DNA of 64,000 bases, from positions 146,462 through 210,461 of the forward strand of contig CAWAET010000002.1 of the NCBI GenBank assembly GCA_963781065.1, written 5' to 3'. The stretch comes from Thermoanaerobaculia bacterium. Lineage in GTDB: Bacteria > Acidobacteriota > Thermoanaerobaculia > Multivoradales > JAHEKO01. The position numbers were made by a program, and so were the translations under genes. The notes under the pieces were generated by a model. It was not told the origin of the DNA, did no database searches, and saw only the letters and a program-made list of their open reading frames with translations. Numbering within the stretch: position 1 is the first letter of the stretch; each line of letters begins with the position of its first letter. Below, piece by piece: positions 37,902 to 47,409 of this stretch.

Positions 37902-38933
37902 ATGAGACCCGCGACCGCCATCTTGTCCATCCTGGCTCTCGCCGGAGCCGCCGTGGCCGGCGCGGCTCGGATCGAGGTCGTCACCACGGTGCCCGTCTAC
38001 GCCGCCATCGCCAGCGCGGTCGGTGGCGACCGGGTGAACGCCCAGTCGATCTCGCGAGGCGACGAGGACGCCCATTTCGTCAAGCCCAAACCCTCCTTCG
38101 CCCTGATGCTCAAGAGCGCCGATCTGTTCGTCACCACCGGCCTCGACCTGGAGCTCTGGGCGCCGACCTTGGTGGACAAGTCGGGGAACCGGTCCATCCG
38201 TGACGGCCAGCCGGGGTTCGTCAACGCCAGCCAGGGAGTCGAGCTGCTCGACATCCCGGCGGGTGTCGACCGCTCGGCGGGCGATGTGCACATCTACGGC
38301 AATCCCCACATCTTCACCAGCCCGCTCAACGCCAAGATCGTCGCCGCCAACATCGCCGCCGGCCTGCGCCGCGTCGACCCGTCCGGCGCGGCGGCCTACG
38401 ACGCCAACCTGGCGAGTTTCCAGCAGCGGATCGACGAGACGATCTACGGCGCCGAACTGAGCCGGCTGCTCGGCTCGGAGGTGCTCGATCCGCTGGCGCG
38501 GCAGGGCAAGCTGGTCGACTGGCTGGCCCGGCAGCAGCTGGACGGCGTGCCACTGGCCGGCAAGCTCGGCGGCTGGCTGGCCAAGGGCGCCGTCTTCCGC
38601 GGCAAACGCATCCTGGCCTACCACAAGAACTGGATCTACTTCACCGACATCTTCGGGCTGGAGGTCGTAGGATACGTCGAGCCGAAGCCCGGGATCCCGC
38701 CCTCCGCAAGACATGTCCACGAGCTCGTGCAACAGGTCGAGCGCGAGGGCATTCGCATCCTGCTGGCCGCCAGCTATTTCAGCCCGCGTCAGATCGACCT
38801 CATCGCCGAGCGCACGGGGATCGCGACGGTACAGGTGCCGCTGGGCCCGCCCGAGATCAGCGGCGACAGCTACTTCGAGCTCGTCGACGACTGGGTCGAC
38901 CGCCTCGCCGCGGCCGCCGAGAACGCACAGTGA
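37902..38933 (+). CDS. Metal (Zn/Mn/Fe) ABC transporter substrate-binding protein, TroA/ZnuA-like
   Basis: ATG 37902 follows GAGGAG. Signal peptide MRPATAILSILALAGAAVAGA, with GDEDAHFVKPKPS, DVHIYGNPHIF and ILAYHKNWIYF motifs. Confidence 0.8.
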   Translation: MRPATAILSILALAGAAVAGAARIEVVTTVPVYAAIASAVGGDRVNAQSISRGDEDAHFVKPKPSFALMLKSADLFVTTGLDLELWAPTLVDKSGNRSIRDGQPGFVNASQGVELLDIPAGVDRSAGDVHIYGNPHIFTSPLNAKIVAANIAAGLRRVDPSGAAAYDANLASFQQRIDETIYGAELSRLLGSEVLDPLARQGKLVDWLARQQLDGVPLAGKLGGWLAKGAVFRGKRILAYHKNWIYFTDIFGLEVVGYVEPKPGIPPSARHVHELVQQVEREGIRILLAASYFSPRQIDLIAERTGIATVQVPLGPPEISGDSYFELVDDWVDRLAAAAENAQ

Positions 38934-38939
38934 GATGAG

Positions 38940-39785
38940 GTGCCCATGGCCGACGAGCTGATTTTCCTGGCCGCCCCGTTCGCCGCCTGCGTCGTGCTGG
39001 TGGGCGCCCTCGGCTATCTGGGGCTGCACGTCCTGCTGCGCAAGGTCATCTTCGTCGACCTGGCGTTGGCCCAGATCGCCGCCTTCGGAGCCGTGGTGGC
39101 CTTCTACTTCGGCCACGAGCCGGGCACCCTCGAATCGACCCTCTTCTCGCTCGGGGCCGCCACGTTTGGCGCCGCGATCTTCGCCGTTTCCCGCATGCGG
39201 CACGAGCGGGTGCCCCAGGAGGCGATCATCGGCATCACCTACGTGATCGCCTCGGCGGCGACAATCGTCATCGCCGACCGGGCCCCCGAGGGGGCGGAGC
39301 ACATCAAGGAGCTGCTTGCCGGCGCCATCCTCTGGGTCACCTGGCCGACGGTGATCAAGATCCTGGCGGTGTGCGCCGCCGTCGGAGTCATCCACTACTT
39401 CCTGCGACGGCGGTTCGCCATGATCTCGGAGCGTCCCGACGAGGCGTTCGCGGCCGGCATCAACGTCCGCTGGTGGGACTTCTTCTTCTACCTCACCTTC
39501 GGGGTCGTCATCACCGTCTCGGTCGAGATCGCCGGCGTCCTGATGGTCTTCGCCTATCTGGTGGCGCCGGCGATCATCGCCCTGGCCGCGGCCGACAGCT
39601 GGGCGGGGCGTATCGCCCTCGCCTGGATCGTGGGCCTGCTGGCCAGCGCACTCGGCCTGCTCGCCTCCTACCGCTGGGACCTGCCCAGCGGGCCGGCAAT
39701 CGTCTGTATGCTGGGCGCGCTGCTGGTGCTGTTCGCCGTCGGGCGGCGGCTGCTCGGCGGCCGCGCGGCGGACTCCCGAGGTTAG
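38940..39785 (+). CDS. Metal ABC transporter permease (ZnuB/TroC-like)
   Basis: 281-aa polytopic membrane ORF with VIFVDLALAQIAAFG and VFAYLVAPAIIAL, typical of ABC-3 family permeases. Confidence 0.8.
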   Translation: MPMADELIFLAAPFAACVVLVGALGYLGLHVLLRKVIFVDLALAQIAAFGAVVAFYFGHEPGTLESTLFSLGAATFGAAIFAVSRMRHERVPQEAIIGITYVIASAATIVIADRAPEGAEHIKELLAGAILWVTWPTVIKILAVCAAVGVIHYFLRRRFAMISERPDEAFAAGINVRWWDFFFYLTFGVVITVSVEIAGVLMVFAYLVAPAIIALAAADSWAGRIALAWIVGLLASALGLLASYRWDLPSGPAIVCMLGALLVLFAVGRRLLGGRAADSRG

Positions 39786-39819
39786 AGACGGGGCTGCCCC
39801 TGCCGCTATAATCCCGGAG

Positions 39820-40876
39820 ATGCTGCCCAAGGCGCTCGGCAAGTTCCGTCCCCGTACCAGCGAATCGCGCCGCATCCCGCTCGAGCGGGAGATCAGCTTT
39901 CGCGTCCCCAGGTTCGAGAACTTCGTCACCGAGTACTCAGCCAACATCTCGGCCACCGGGATCTTCATCCGCACGCACGAGCCGCTCGATCCCGGCACCG
40001 ACCTGAGCCTCGAGTTCAAGGTCGCCGACGACTGGAAGCTGATCCGGGGCCGTGGCCGGGTCATCTGGGTGCGCAGCAAGGACGAGGGCGCCGACGCGCC
40101 GGCCGGCATGGGCATCCGCTTCCTCGAGATCGATCCGCAGAGCCGGCGGCTGATCCACTGGATGGTCGACAAGCACGCCCGCGAGGGCGGCGACACCTTC
40201 GAGTTCGAGGAGTTGCGCCAGACCGCGGACCAGGCGCTCGGCGAGGCGTTCGGCGGCGACGAGCAGCTGATCACCGCCGGCCGCGGCATCCGGCAGGTCG
40301 GGCGCCGCCGACCGGGCGGCGTTCACCCGCCGCTTGGCGATGGTGGCGGTCGGCCTCGGCCTGCTGGGCCTGCTGTCGTGGCTCATCCTGAGGCTGGCGC
40401 CGTTCGATGGCGCTCGGGGCGGAGGCTCCCGCGCGGTGGCGGGGCCGACCGCGGCCGGAGCCGACCAGGCCACGGATGGCGCAACGGACGACTCGGCGGC
40501 CGCCGCGCCAGCCGTCGTGCTCGGTGCCGCCTCCCCGACCAGCGCCGCCAGCGAGCTGATCGCCGCCTGGGCCGACGCCTGGTCCGAGGGTAGGGTCGAC
40601 GAGTACCTCTCGTACTACTCCGACGACTTCACCCCCGCCAACGGGCTCGGCCTGCGCCAGTGGCGCGCCAGCCGGACCGAGCGATTGAGCTCGGCGCAGT
40701 ACATCCGGGTCTCGATCACCGCCCTCGAACTGGAAGTGCTCGCCGCCGACCGGATGCGCGCCACCTTCTTCCAGAACTACCGCTCCGACCGCTTCGAGGA
40801 CACGGTGCGCAAGCAGCTCGAGCTGGGGATCGAAGAGGGCCGCTGGCGCATCCTGCTGGAACGCGTCATCGGTTAA
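39820..40876 (+). CDS. PilZ-domain protein, probably continuous with a TM helix and a Cds6/NTF2-like C-terminal domain through a frame switch near 40290
   Basis: The N-terminus RRIPLEREISF...ANISATGIFIRT...GRGRVIWVR...GMGIRFLE is a PilZ-like domain. After ...DEQLITAGRGIRQ the frame becomes Arg/Gly junk. The +1 frame then reads RAAFTRRLAMVAVGLGLLGLLSWLIL...AWADAWSEGRVDEYLSYYSDDFTP...WRILLERVIG*. It could alternatively be two genes, with the second starting at ATG 40334. Confidence 0.55.
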
Positions 40877-40916
40877 CCCCGGGCTTCGCAGTCGGGCTGA
40901 CCGCCGCCAGGGCCTC

Positions 40917-43133
40917 CTACTCGAGCGGCGCCGGCGGCCGATCGGCGCGCAGCAGGCGCCGCCGCGGCGGCTCGTAGCCGCGGCGGTAGAGCTCTCGGCG
41001 CGCGCCGTCGCGGGCTCTGCGGACCAGCAGCCCGCTGCTCTGCTCCACCCAGCGCTCGACCACGCCGTCGGGCCGGGCGGGCGGCGGCGCCGGATAGGCC
41101 GGGGCCGCCCGTCGCATGAAGCGTCCCCAGGCCGGGGCCGCGTCGGCGCCGCCGCGCAGCCCGCCGCCCTCGGCGCCGGTCACCCCGATCCAGACCGCGG
41201 TCACCAGCGAGCCGGCGCCACCGACGAACCAGGCGTCACGGCCGCCGCTGGAGGTGCCGGTCTTGCCCCAGGCGGCGACGCCGTCCAGCGCGGCGGCGGT
41301 GCCGGTGCCGCGCTCGACCGCGTCGCGCAGCAGGTCACGGACCAGATAGGCGCTGGCAGGGTCGGCGATCCGGCGCGAGTCGACGCCGTGTCGACCCAGC
41401 CGGCGCCCGGCGGGGCGCCTGGCCCGGCTCCAGGCCCGCGGCTCGACCAGCTGGCCGTCGCGGGCAAAGGCGGTAAACGCGGTCGCCAGGGCTAGCGGCG
41501 AGGTCTCGACCGCGCCCAGGACCAGCGCCGGCGGCGCCGGCGCCGGCACGTCGAGCCCGGCGCGGCGAAAGCGGTCCGCCACCTGCTCGAAGCCGCACCA
41601 GCGTCCAACGCGGACCAGCGGCACGTTGAGCGAGTCGACCAGGGCCTGGCGCAGATCCACCGTGCCGCGGTAGCGACGGCCGAAGTTCTCCGGCTGCCAC
41701 GGCCCGGACGGCAGATCGAGGCGGATCGGTTGGTCGAGGACGCGCCGCGACGGATAGAGCGGCGCCCGCTCGCCGCAGTCGGCGAACGCCTCGAGCAGGA
41801 CCAGCGGCTTGATCGCGGAGCCCGGCTGGCGCCGCGCCCGGCGCACCCGGTCGAAGCGGTCGGCGACGGCGTCGGGATCGCCCGCGACATAGGCAACGAC
41901 ATCGCCGCTGACGGTGTCGATCGAGACCAGCGCCGCCTCCGGCCGGCGCCCGGCCTGCCGCTGACGTCGCAGCGCCGCCCGCACCACGCCTTCCGCCTCC
42001 GCCTGCAGGAGTGGATCGAGGGTCGTCTCGACGACCACTCCCCGCCCCTTCTCCAGCCGGCGCCCGGCCCGGCCGCCGAGCGACGCCGCGACCCAGCGGA
42101 CGAAGGCGCCCGCGGGTGGCGGCTTCGCGCTCGGCAACTGCAACCGCGGCAGGCCGGCTCGTTCCGCGGCGGCCACCGCTTCCGCCTCGACCCAGCCGAG
42201 CTCTTCGAGCCGGCCCAGCACCCACCGCTGGCGGTCCAACGCCGCCTCCGGATGGCGTCCCGGATGGAGCCGGTTGGGGCCCTGGATCAGCGCCGCCAGC
42301 AGGGCCGATTCACCGAGGCCGAGCCGGGCTGCCGGCTTGCCGAACCAGGCCTCGGCGGCGGTGCCGACGCCGTGCACCGCGAGGCCGCCGACGTGACCGA
42401 GGTAGACCGAGTTGAGATAAGCCTGGAGGATCTCCTCTTTCGAGTGGGCACGCTCGAGGGAGAGCGCCCGCACCGCCTCGGACAGTTTGCGACCGAACCG
42501 GCGGCGCGGCGTCAGATCACGGTTCTTGATCAGCTGCTGGGTGATGGTGCTGCCGCCCTGCACGACCCGCCCGGCCTGGACGTTGCGGACAACGGCCCGC
42601 GACAGCGCCCGGGCGTCGACGCCGGGGTGGTCGAAGAAGCGCGCGTCCTCCGCCGCCAGCACCGCCCGCCAGAGGTGCTCGGGCAGCTCGCCGAGCCGCA
42701 CCGGAAGCCGCGGCGCCCGATCCCCGTCGAGGGACTCGGCCAGCAGCGTCGGCTCGAGCGCCGCCGTGGCGTCCTCGGGCAGCGACAGGATGCGACCGGT
42801 GGAGCGCTCGATCGGCAGCCGCAGCAGCTGCGCCGGCACCGCCCGGTCGTCGGGGTGCGCCCGACGGTAGATCCAGAAGACCTCGTGACCCCAGAAATAC
42901 TCCCCCGGCCGCTCGGGCTGGCGCCGCACGCGCCGGTAGCCCAGCGCGTCGAGGCGATCGGCGAGGCCGGAATCCCCCACCCGGACACCCCGCCGCAGGC
43001 GGTAGGCCGCCGAATAGACCCGGCTCTCGCTGCGGCCGACGGACTCCTCCAGCCCGGCGGCACCGAGCGACGCCGAGGCCGGCAGGGTCAGCAGGCCGGC
43101 GAGGAAGACGCGTCCGATGCAGGCGCTCGTCAC
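40917..43133 (-). CDS. Class A penicillin-binding protein (GT51 transglycosylase + transpeptidase), PBP1C-like
   Basis: GT51 motifs EDARFFDHPGVD, GGSTITQQLIKN. Transpeptidase motifs GSAIKP, DSLN, KTGTS. The GTG at 43133 gives a signal-anchor VTSACIGRVFLAGLLTLPASA. The longer ORF-track start overlaps the divergent GT2 gene. Confidence 0.85.
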   Translation of the reverse strand: MTSACIGRVFLAGLLTLPASASLGAAGLEESVGRSESRVYSAAYRLRRGVRVGDSGLADRLDALGYRRVRRQPERPGEYFWGHEVFWIYRRAHPDDRAVPAQLLRLPIERSTGRILSLPEDATAALEPTLLAESLDGDRAPRLPVRLGELPEHLWRAVLAAEDARFFDHPGVDARALSRAVVRNVQAGRVVQGGSTITQQLIKNRDLTPRRRFGRKLSEAVRALSLERAHSKEEILQAYLNSVYLGHVGGLAVHGVGTAAEAWFGKPAARLGLGESALLAALIQGPNRLHPGRHPEAALDRQRWVLGRLEELGWVEAEAVAAAERAGLPRLQLPSAKPPPAGAFVRWVAASLGGRAGRRLEKGRGVVVETTLDPLLQAEAEGVVRAALRRQRQAGRRPEAALVSIDTVSGDVVAYVAGDPDAVADRFDRVRRARRQPGSAIKPLVLLEAFADCGERAPLYPSRRVLDQPIRLDLPSGPWQPENFGRRYRGTVDLRQALVDSLNVPLVRVGRWCGFEQVADRFRRAGLDVPAPAPPALVLGAVETSPLALATAFTAFARDGQLVEPRAWSRARRPAGRRLGRHGVDSRRIADPASAYLVRDLLRDAVERGTGTAAALDGVAAWGKTGTSSGGRDAWFVGGAGSLVTAVWIGVTGAEGGGLRGGADAAPAWGRFMRRAAPAYPAPPPARPDGVVERWVEQSSGLLVRRARDGARRELYRRGYEPPRRRLLRADRPPAPLE

Positions 43134-43179
43134 GACCCTCGCCCCCTGCAAGACGGTCGCCAGCCGTCGAAGGTCGGGA

Positions 43180-44295
43180 ATGGACAAGCCGACCGAGGCT
43201 GGTCTCGGAGATTCCCGCCGCCACGGCGGCGTCGAGGAAGAGCTGGCGGGGGGCACGCTAGACTCAGCCGCAGTGTCCGCGACGCCGCGCGTCTCCGTCC
43301 TGCTGCCCGTGCGTGACGCGCGGCCCTTTCTCGGCGACGCTCTGGCCAGCCTCGGCGCGCAGACCCTGGCCGACTTCGAGGTCGTCGCCGTCGACGACGG
43401 CTCGCGCGACGGCTCGGCGGAGCTGCTGGCCGCGGCGGCGCGGCGCGACCCGCGACTGCGGCTGCTCCGGCAGACCCGGCGCGGCCTGGTGCCGGCGCTC
43501 AACCGCGGGCTCGAGGCCTGCCGGGCGCCCTACGTGGCGCGACTCGACGCCGACGATCTGGCGGCCCGGCGCCGGCTCGAGCTCCAGGCCGGGGCGCTCG
43601 ACGCCGACCCCGGGCTCGGAGTGGTCTCCTGCCGCGTGCGCCACTTCCCCTCGGCCGACGTCGGAATGGGCTTTCGGGTCTACGAGCGCTGGCTCAACCG
43701 GCTGCTGAGCCACGAGCAGATCGTCCGCGAGCGCTTCATCGAGAGCCCGCTGCCCCACCCCTCGGTGATGGCGCGGCGAGGGGTGCTGGAGGCGGCCGGC
43801 GGCTACCGCGACCAGGGCTGGCCGGAAGACTACGATCTGTGGCTGCGCCTGGCGGCGGCCGGCGCGCGCTTTCGCAAGCTGCCCCGCTGCCTGGTCGGCT
43901 GGCGCGCCCATCCCGGGCGCCTGACCCACACCGATCGGCGCTACTCCGTCGAGCGCTTCCTGGCCTGCAAGGCCCACCATCTGGCGCTCGGCCCCCTGGC
44001 CGGACGGCGCCCGCTGGTGTGGGGAGCCGGACAGACCGGCCGCCGGCTGGCCAAGCACCTCGAGCGCGAGGGCGTCGCGCCGCTGGCGTTCCTCGACATC
44101 GACCCGAAGAAGATCGGCGGCCGGCTGCGACGGCAGCCGGTGGTGGCGGCCGACGAGCTGCCGCGCCTCTTGCTGGAGCTCGACGGCCCGCCGGTGGTGA
44201 CCGCGGTCGCCTCGCGCGGGGCTCGTCAGCTCATTCGCGAGCGGCTGGCGACGTGGGGCCTGGTCGAGGGCGCGACATTCTGGTGCGCCGCCTGA
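43180..44295 (+). CDS. Family 2 glycosyltransferase with uncharacterised C-terminal domain
   Basis: VSVLLPVRDARPFLGDALASLGAQT, VAVDDGSRDGS, RLDADD, WPEDYDLWLR. Start ATG 43180 is tentative. Confidence 0.75.
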   Translation: MDKPTEAGLGDSRRHGGVEEELAGGTLDSAAVSATPRVSVLLPVRDARPFLGDALASLGAQTLADFEVVAVDDGSRDGSAELLAAAARRDPRLRLLRQTRRGLVPALNRGLEACRAPYVARLDADDLAARRRLELQAGALDADPGLGVVSCRVRHFPSADVGMGFRVYERWLNRLLSHEQIVRERFIESPLPHPSVMARRGVLEAAGGYRDQGWPEDYDLWLRLAAAGARFRKLPRCLVGWRAHPGRLTHTDRRYSVERFLACKAHHLALGPLAGRRPLVWGAGQTGRRLAKHLEREGVAPLAFLDIDPKKIGGRLRRQPVVAADELPRLLLELDGPPVVTAVASRGARQLIRERLATWGLVEGATFWCAA

Positions 44296-44322
44296 CCGGC
44301 GGCGCAGGCACCGGCCCGGCTC

Positions 44323-45202
44323 TCAGGCCTCGAGCGACACTCGCCCGGCGCCGGAGTAGATGTTGAAGCGACCGTCGCGCAGAAAGCCGATCAGGGTCAT
44401 GCCGTGGTCGCGCGCCAGCTCGACCGCCAGGCTGCTCGGGGCGCCCACCGCCGCCAGCAGCGGCAAGCCGGCCAGCACCGCCTTCTGCACCAGCTCGAAG
44501 CTGGCTCGACCGCTGACCAGGAGCAGCCGGTCGGGCGCCGGCAGCCGGCCGGCGAGCAGCAGGGCGCCCACCACCTTGTCGACCGCGTTGTGCCGCCCGA
44601 CGTCCTCGCGCACCAGGTCCAGACCGCCGGCGGCGTCGAACAGCGCGGCGGCATGCAGACCGCCGGTGGCGGCGAAGGTCGCCTGCGCCGCCGCCAGCCG
44701 GCGCGGCAGCGACAGCAGCGTCTCGGCAGCGACCCGCAGCTCGTCGGCCGCAACGGCCGGCGCCGCCGGCAGCGCGGCCCGCACCAGCTCGAGCGATCCG
44801 CGGCCGCAGACGCCGCAGCTCGAGCTGGTGAGGACGTTGCGGCTGAAGCGGGCCGGGTCGAAGGCGCAGCCCGGCGCCAGGGTCAGCTCGACGACGTTGC
44901 GCGCCTCCTCGGCGGCGCCGCCCTCGCAGTAGGCGAGGCCGGCCACCTCCGCCGCGGCCGCCGACCGCTCCCTCGCCGTGGAGGAATCCCGCCGCCAGCT
45001 CGAAGTCGTGGCCGGGAGTGCGCATGGTCACGGCGACGGCGTGCCGGCGGCGCCGTCCCGCCGTCTCGGTCACCACCCGCACCTCCAGCGGCTCCTCCAC
45101 CGCCAGCAGATCGCTCCGCTCGCGGCTCTTCCCGGCCTCGACAACCCGCACCGCCGAGCGGCTCACGCTGGCGGCGGGAGGAGCGGTGCGCCGGCCGCTC
45201 AC
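44323..45202 (-). CDS. fdhD: Formate dehydrogenase accessory sulfurtransferase FdhD; 1 frame switch near 44965
   Basis: The GTG at 45202 overlaps the stop of the upstream oxidoreductase (GTGA). The N-terminal half ...AVEEPLEVRV...MRTPGHDFELAAGFLHGEGAV is in one frame. The C-terminal half VAGLAYCEG...SSCGVCG...GRHNAVDK...SGRASFELVQKA is ORF 44323..44946. Confidence 0.8.
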
Positions 45203-47409
45203 GACGACGTCGCGGGCGGCCTGCCGGCCGCCGGCACCACCTCGACCTCGGCGTCGCGATAGGCCGGGATGCCGCAGGCCTCGTCGAAGACGCCTCGCGG
45301 CACCAGGACGTTGGCCTCGGGCCAGAACATCATGACGGTGCCGGGCTCGACCGCGCCGGCGACCGCCCGGCCGGCGAGCTCGCCGGCATCGCTGCGCACG
45401 ACCACCGCGTCGCCGGCCACGAGGCCCAGCCGTTCGAGCTCGCCGGGGGCCATCACCACGGCGTCCCGCTCGGCGCCGGTCAGCGTGTCGCGCTGGCCGA
45501 ACACCATGCTGTTGAACTGCTTGCCGCGGCGACTGTTGAGCCGGTACCAGCCCGGCCGGCGGCGGCGCTCGGGCGGCGCCACGGCGACGAACCGGGCGCG
45601 GCCGTCGGCGGTGCCGAAGCGGCCGTCGGCCGCCAGATGGCGCCCGCCCCACTGCACCTGGTCGCCCTCGCGCGCCAGCTTCTCGATGCCCTTGTAGAGC
45701 GGAATCACCCGCGCGATCTCGGCGCGGATCTCGGCGGTCGAGCCGAAGGCGACCCGCTCGGCGGCCTGCGGACGGACGCGGCCGGCCAGCTCGGCGAGCA
45801 CCCGCCACTCGTCGCGCGCCGCGGCCACCCGCGGCCCCGGGATCTCGGGGCTGAAGATGATCCGCCGCTCGGTAGAGGTCTCGGTGCAGCCGCCGGCCAT
45901 CTCGTAGCGGGTGGTGGCCGGCAACAGCAGCACCGCCTCCGCCGGATCGACCAGCATCTGCGGGTTGAGCATGATGTCGTGATGGATGCGCAGCGGGATC
46001 CGCTCCATCGCCGCCCGCACATAGCCCGGGTCGGGCAGTACTCCCAGCAGGTTCGAGCCGACGCAGTAGAGCGCCTCCAGCTCGCCGTCGTGGGCGCGAT
46101 CGATCATCTCGGCGACGTAGGCGCCGCGACCGGTCGGCACCGCGAAGCCCCACAACGCCTCGAGCTGTCGCGCTCCCGCCGCGTCCGTCGCCATGCCGCC
46201 CGGCAGGACGTTCGGCACGCAGCCCATCTCGGCGCCGCCCTGAACCCCGGAATGGCCGCGGATCGGCATCAGACCGGCGCCGTTGCGTCCGACCATGCCG
46301 CGCGCCAGGGCCAGGTCGGCGATCGCCTGCACGTTGTCGACGCCGTGCCGGTGCATGGTGAGGCCCATCGACCAGACGAAGATCGCCGAGCCGGACTCGG
46401 CATAGAGCCGAGCCAGCTCCAGCATCGCCGCCCGTGAAAGCCCGGACAGCTGCTCGAGCCGCTCGAAGCTCTGCTCGGACAGCGCCGCCTCGAGCTCGGC
46501 CCAGCCGTGGGTGTGCTCGTCGATGAAGCGGCGGTCCAGCCAGTCGTTGGCGACCAGCTGCTTGAGGACGCCGTTGACGAAGGCGATGTCGCCGCCCACC
46601 CGCACCGGGAAGTGGCGGTCGGCGATGGCGGTGCCGAGGAGCGCCGAATCGACGTTCGACGGCACCCAGTAGCGCTCCAGCCCGGGCTCGCGGTAGGGGT
46701 TCACCATCACCACCCGGGTGCCGCGCTTCTTGGCCAGATGCAGGTACTTCATCATCACCGGCTGGTTGTTAGCCGGGTCGCTGCCGAAGAAGACCACCAG
46801 ATCGCTCTCGAGCACGTCGCGGTAGCTGCAGGTGGTGGCGGCGAAGCCGATGGTGCGCTGGAGCCCGGTGGTGCTGGCGGCGTGGCAGAGCCGTGACGAG
46901 TTGTCGACGTTGTTGGTGCCCAGATAGCGCGCCACCTTCTGCGCCACGTAGTAGGTCTCGTTGGCGGTGCCGCGGGAGACCAGGTAGAAGGCCAGCCGCC
47001 GCGGATCGATCCCCCGCATCCGATCGGCCGCCAGCGACAGGGCGGCGTCCCAGGAGATCGGCCGGAAGCCGGCCTCCCCCCGTCGCCGCACCAGCGGCAC
47101 CGGCAGCCGCCCGAGCTGCCTCAGGTCGGCCTCGCTCCGGCCGGCCAGCGCCGCGGCGTCCGCCGCCACCGCCGGATCGAAGGCCGGCATGGTGTTCAGG
47201 CGCAGCAGGTTCAGCCGGACCCAACACAGATGGATGCCGTCGATCGTCCAGTCGCGCATGCCGGCGGTGCCCAGGGCGCAGCCGTCGCAGACCCCGTGGT
47301 TGAGGATCCGCCAGGCGTAGCCGGGCCGGTCCCGGTTCTGCCAGGCGGTGCGGGCGATCTCCTGAAAGGGGCCGAACTGCCGCCGCAGCCGCCGGCCGAG
47401 GGCGCTCAC
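45199..47409 (-). CDS. Molybdopterin oxidoreductase of the FdhF/YdeP family
   Basis: 736-aa reading from GTG 47409, which overlaps the mobA stop (GTGA). Motifs include NHGVCDGCALG, SRLCHAAS, a long MopB body and a C-terminal molybdopterin dinucleotide-binding domain. The upstream part of ORF 45199..48174 is read-through in a shadow frame. Confidence 0.8.
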   Translation of the reverse strand: MSALGRRLRRQFGPFQEIARTAWQNRDRPGYAWRILNHGVCDGCALGTAGMRDWTIDGIHLCWVRLNLLRLNTMPAFDPAVAADAAALAGRSEADLRQLGRLPVPLVRRRGEAGFRPISWDAALSLAADRMRGIDPRRLAFYLVSRGTANETYYVAQKVARYLGTNNVDNSSRLCHAASTTGLQRTIGFAATTCSYRDVLESDLVVFFGSDPANNQPVMMKYLHLAKKRGTRVVMVNPYREPGLERYWVPSNVDSALLGTAIADRHFPVRVGGDIAFVNGVLKQLVANDWLDRRFIDEHTHGWAELEAALSEQSFERLEQLSGLSRAAMLELARLYAESGSAIFVWSMGLTMHRHGVDNVQAIADLALARGMVGRNGAGLMPIRGHSGVQGGAEMGCVPNVLPGGMATDAAGARQLEALWGFAVPTGRGAYVAEMIDRAHDGELEALYCVGSNLLGVLPDPGYVRAAMERIPLRIHHDIMLNPQMLVDPAEAVLLLPATTRYEMAGGCTETSTERRIIFSPEIPGPRVAAARDEWRVLAELAGRVRPQAAERVAFGSTAEIRAEIARVIPLYKGIEKLAREGDQVQWGGRHLAADGRFGTADGRARFVAVAPPERRRRPGWYRLNSRRGKQFNSMVFGQRDTLTGAERDAVVMAPGELERLGLVAGDAVVVRSDAGELAGRAVAGAVEPGTVMMFWPEANVLVPRGVFDEACGIPAYRDAEVEVVPAAGRPPATSS

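Noticed and set aside
43134-43502. N-terminal extension of the PBP ORF (861 aa). The same issue applies to the 991-aa version of the YdeP-family ORF (47410..48174).
   Set aside because: The extensions are compositionally junk and overlap the GT2 gene or mobA in other frames. The internal GTG starts give a proper signal-anchor (PBP) or a 4-nt coupling overlap (YdeP).
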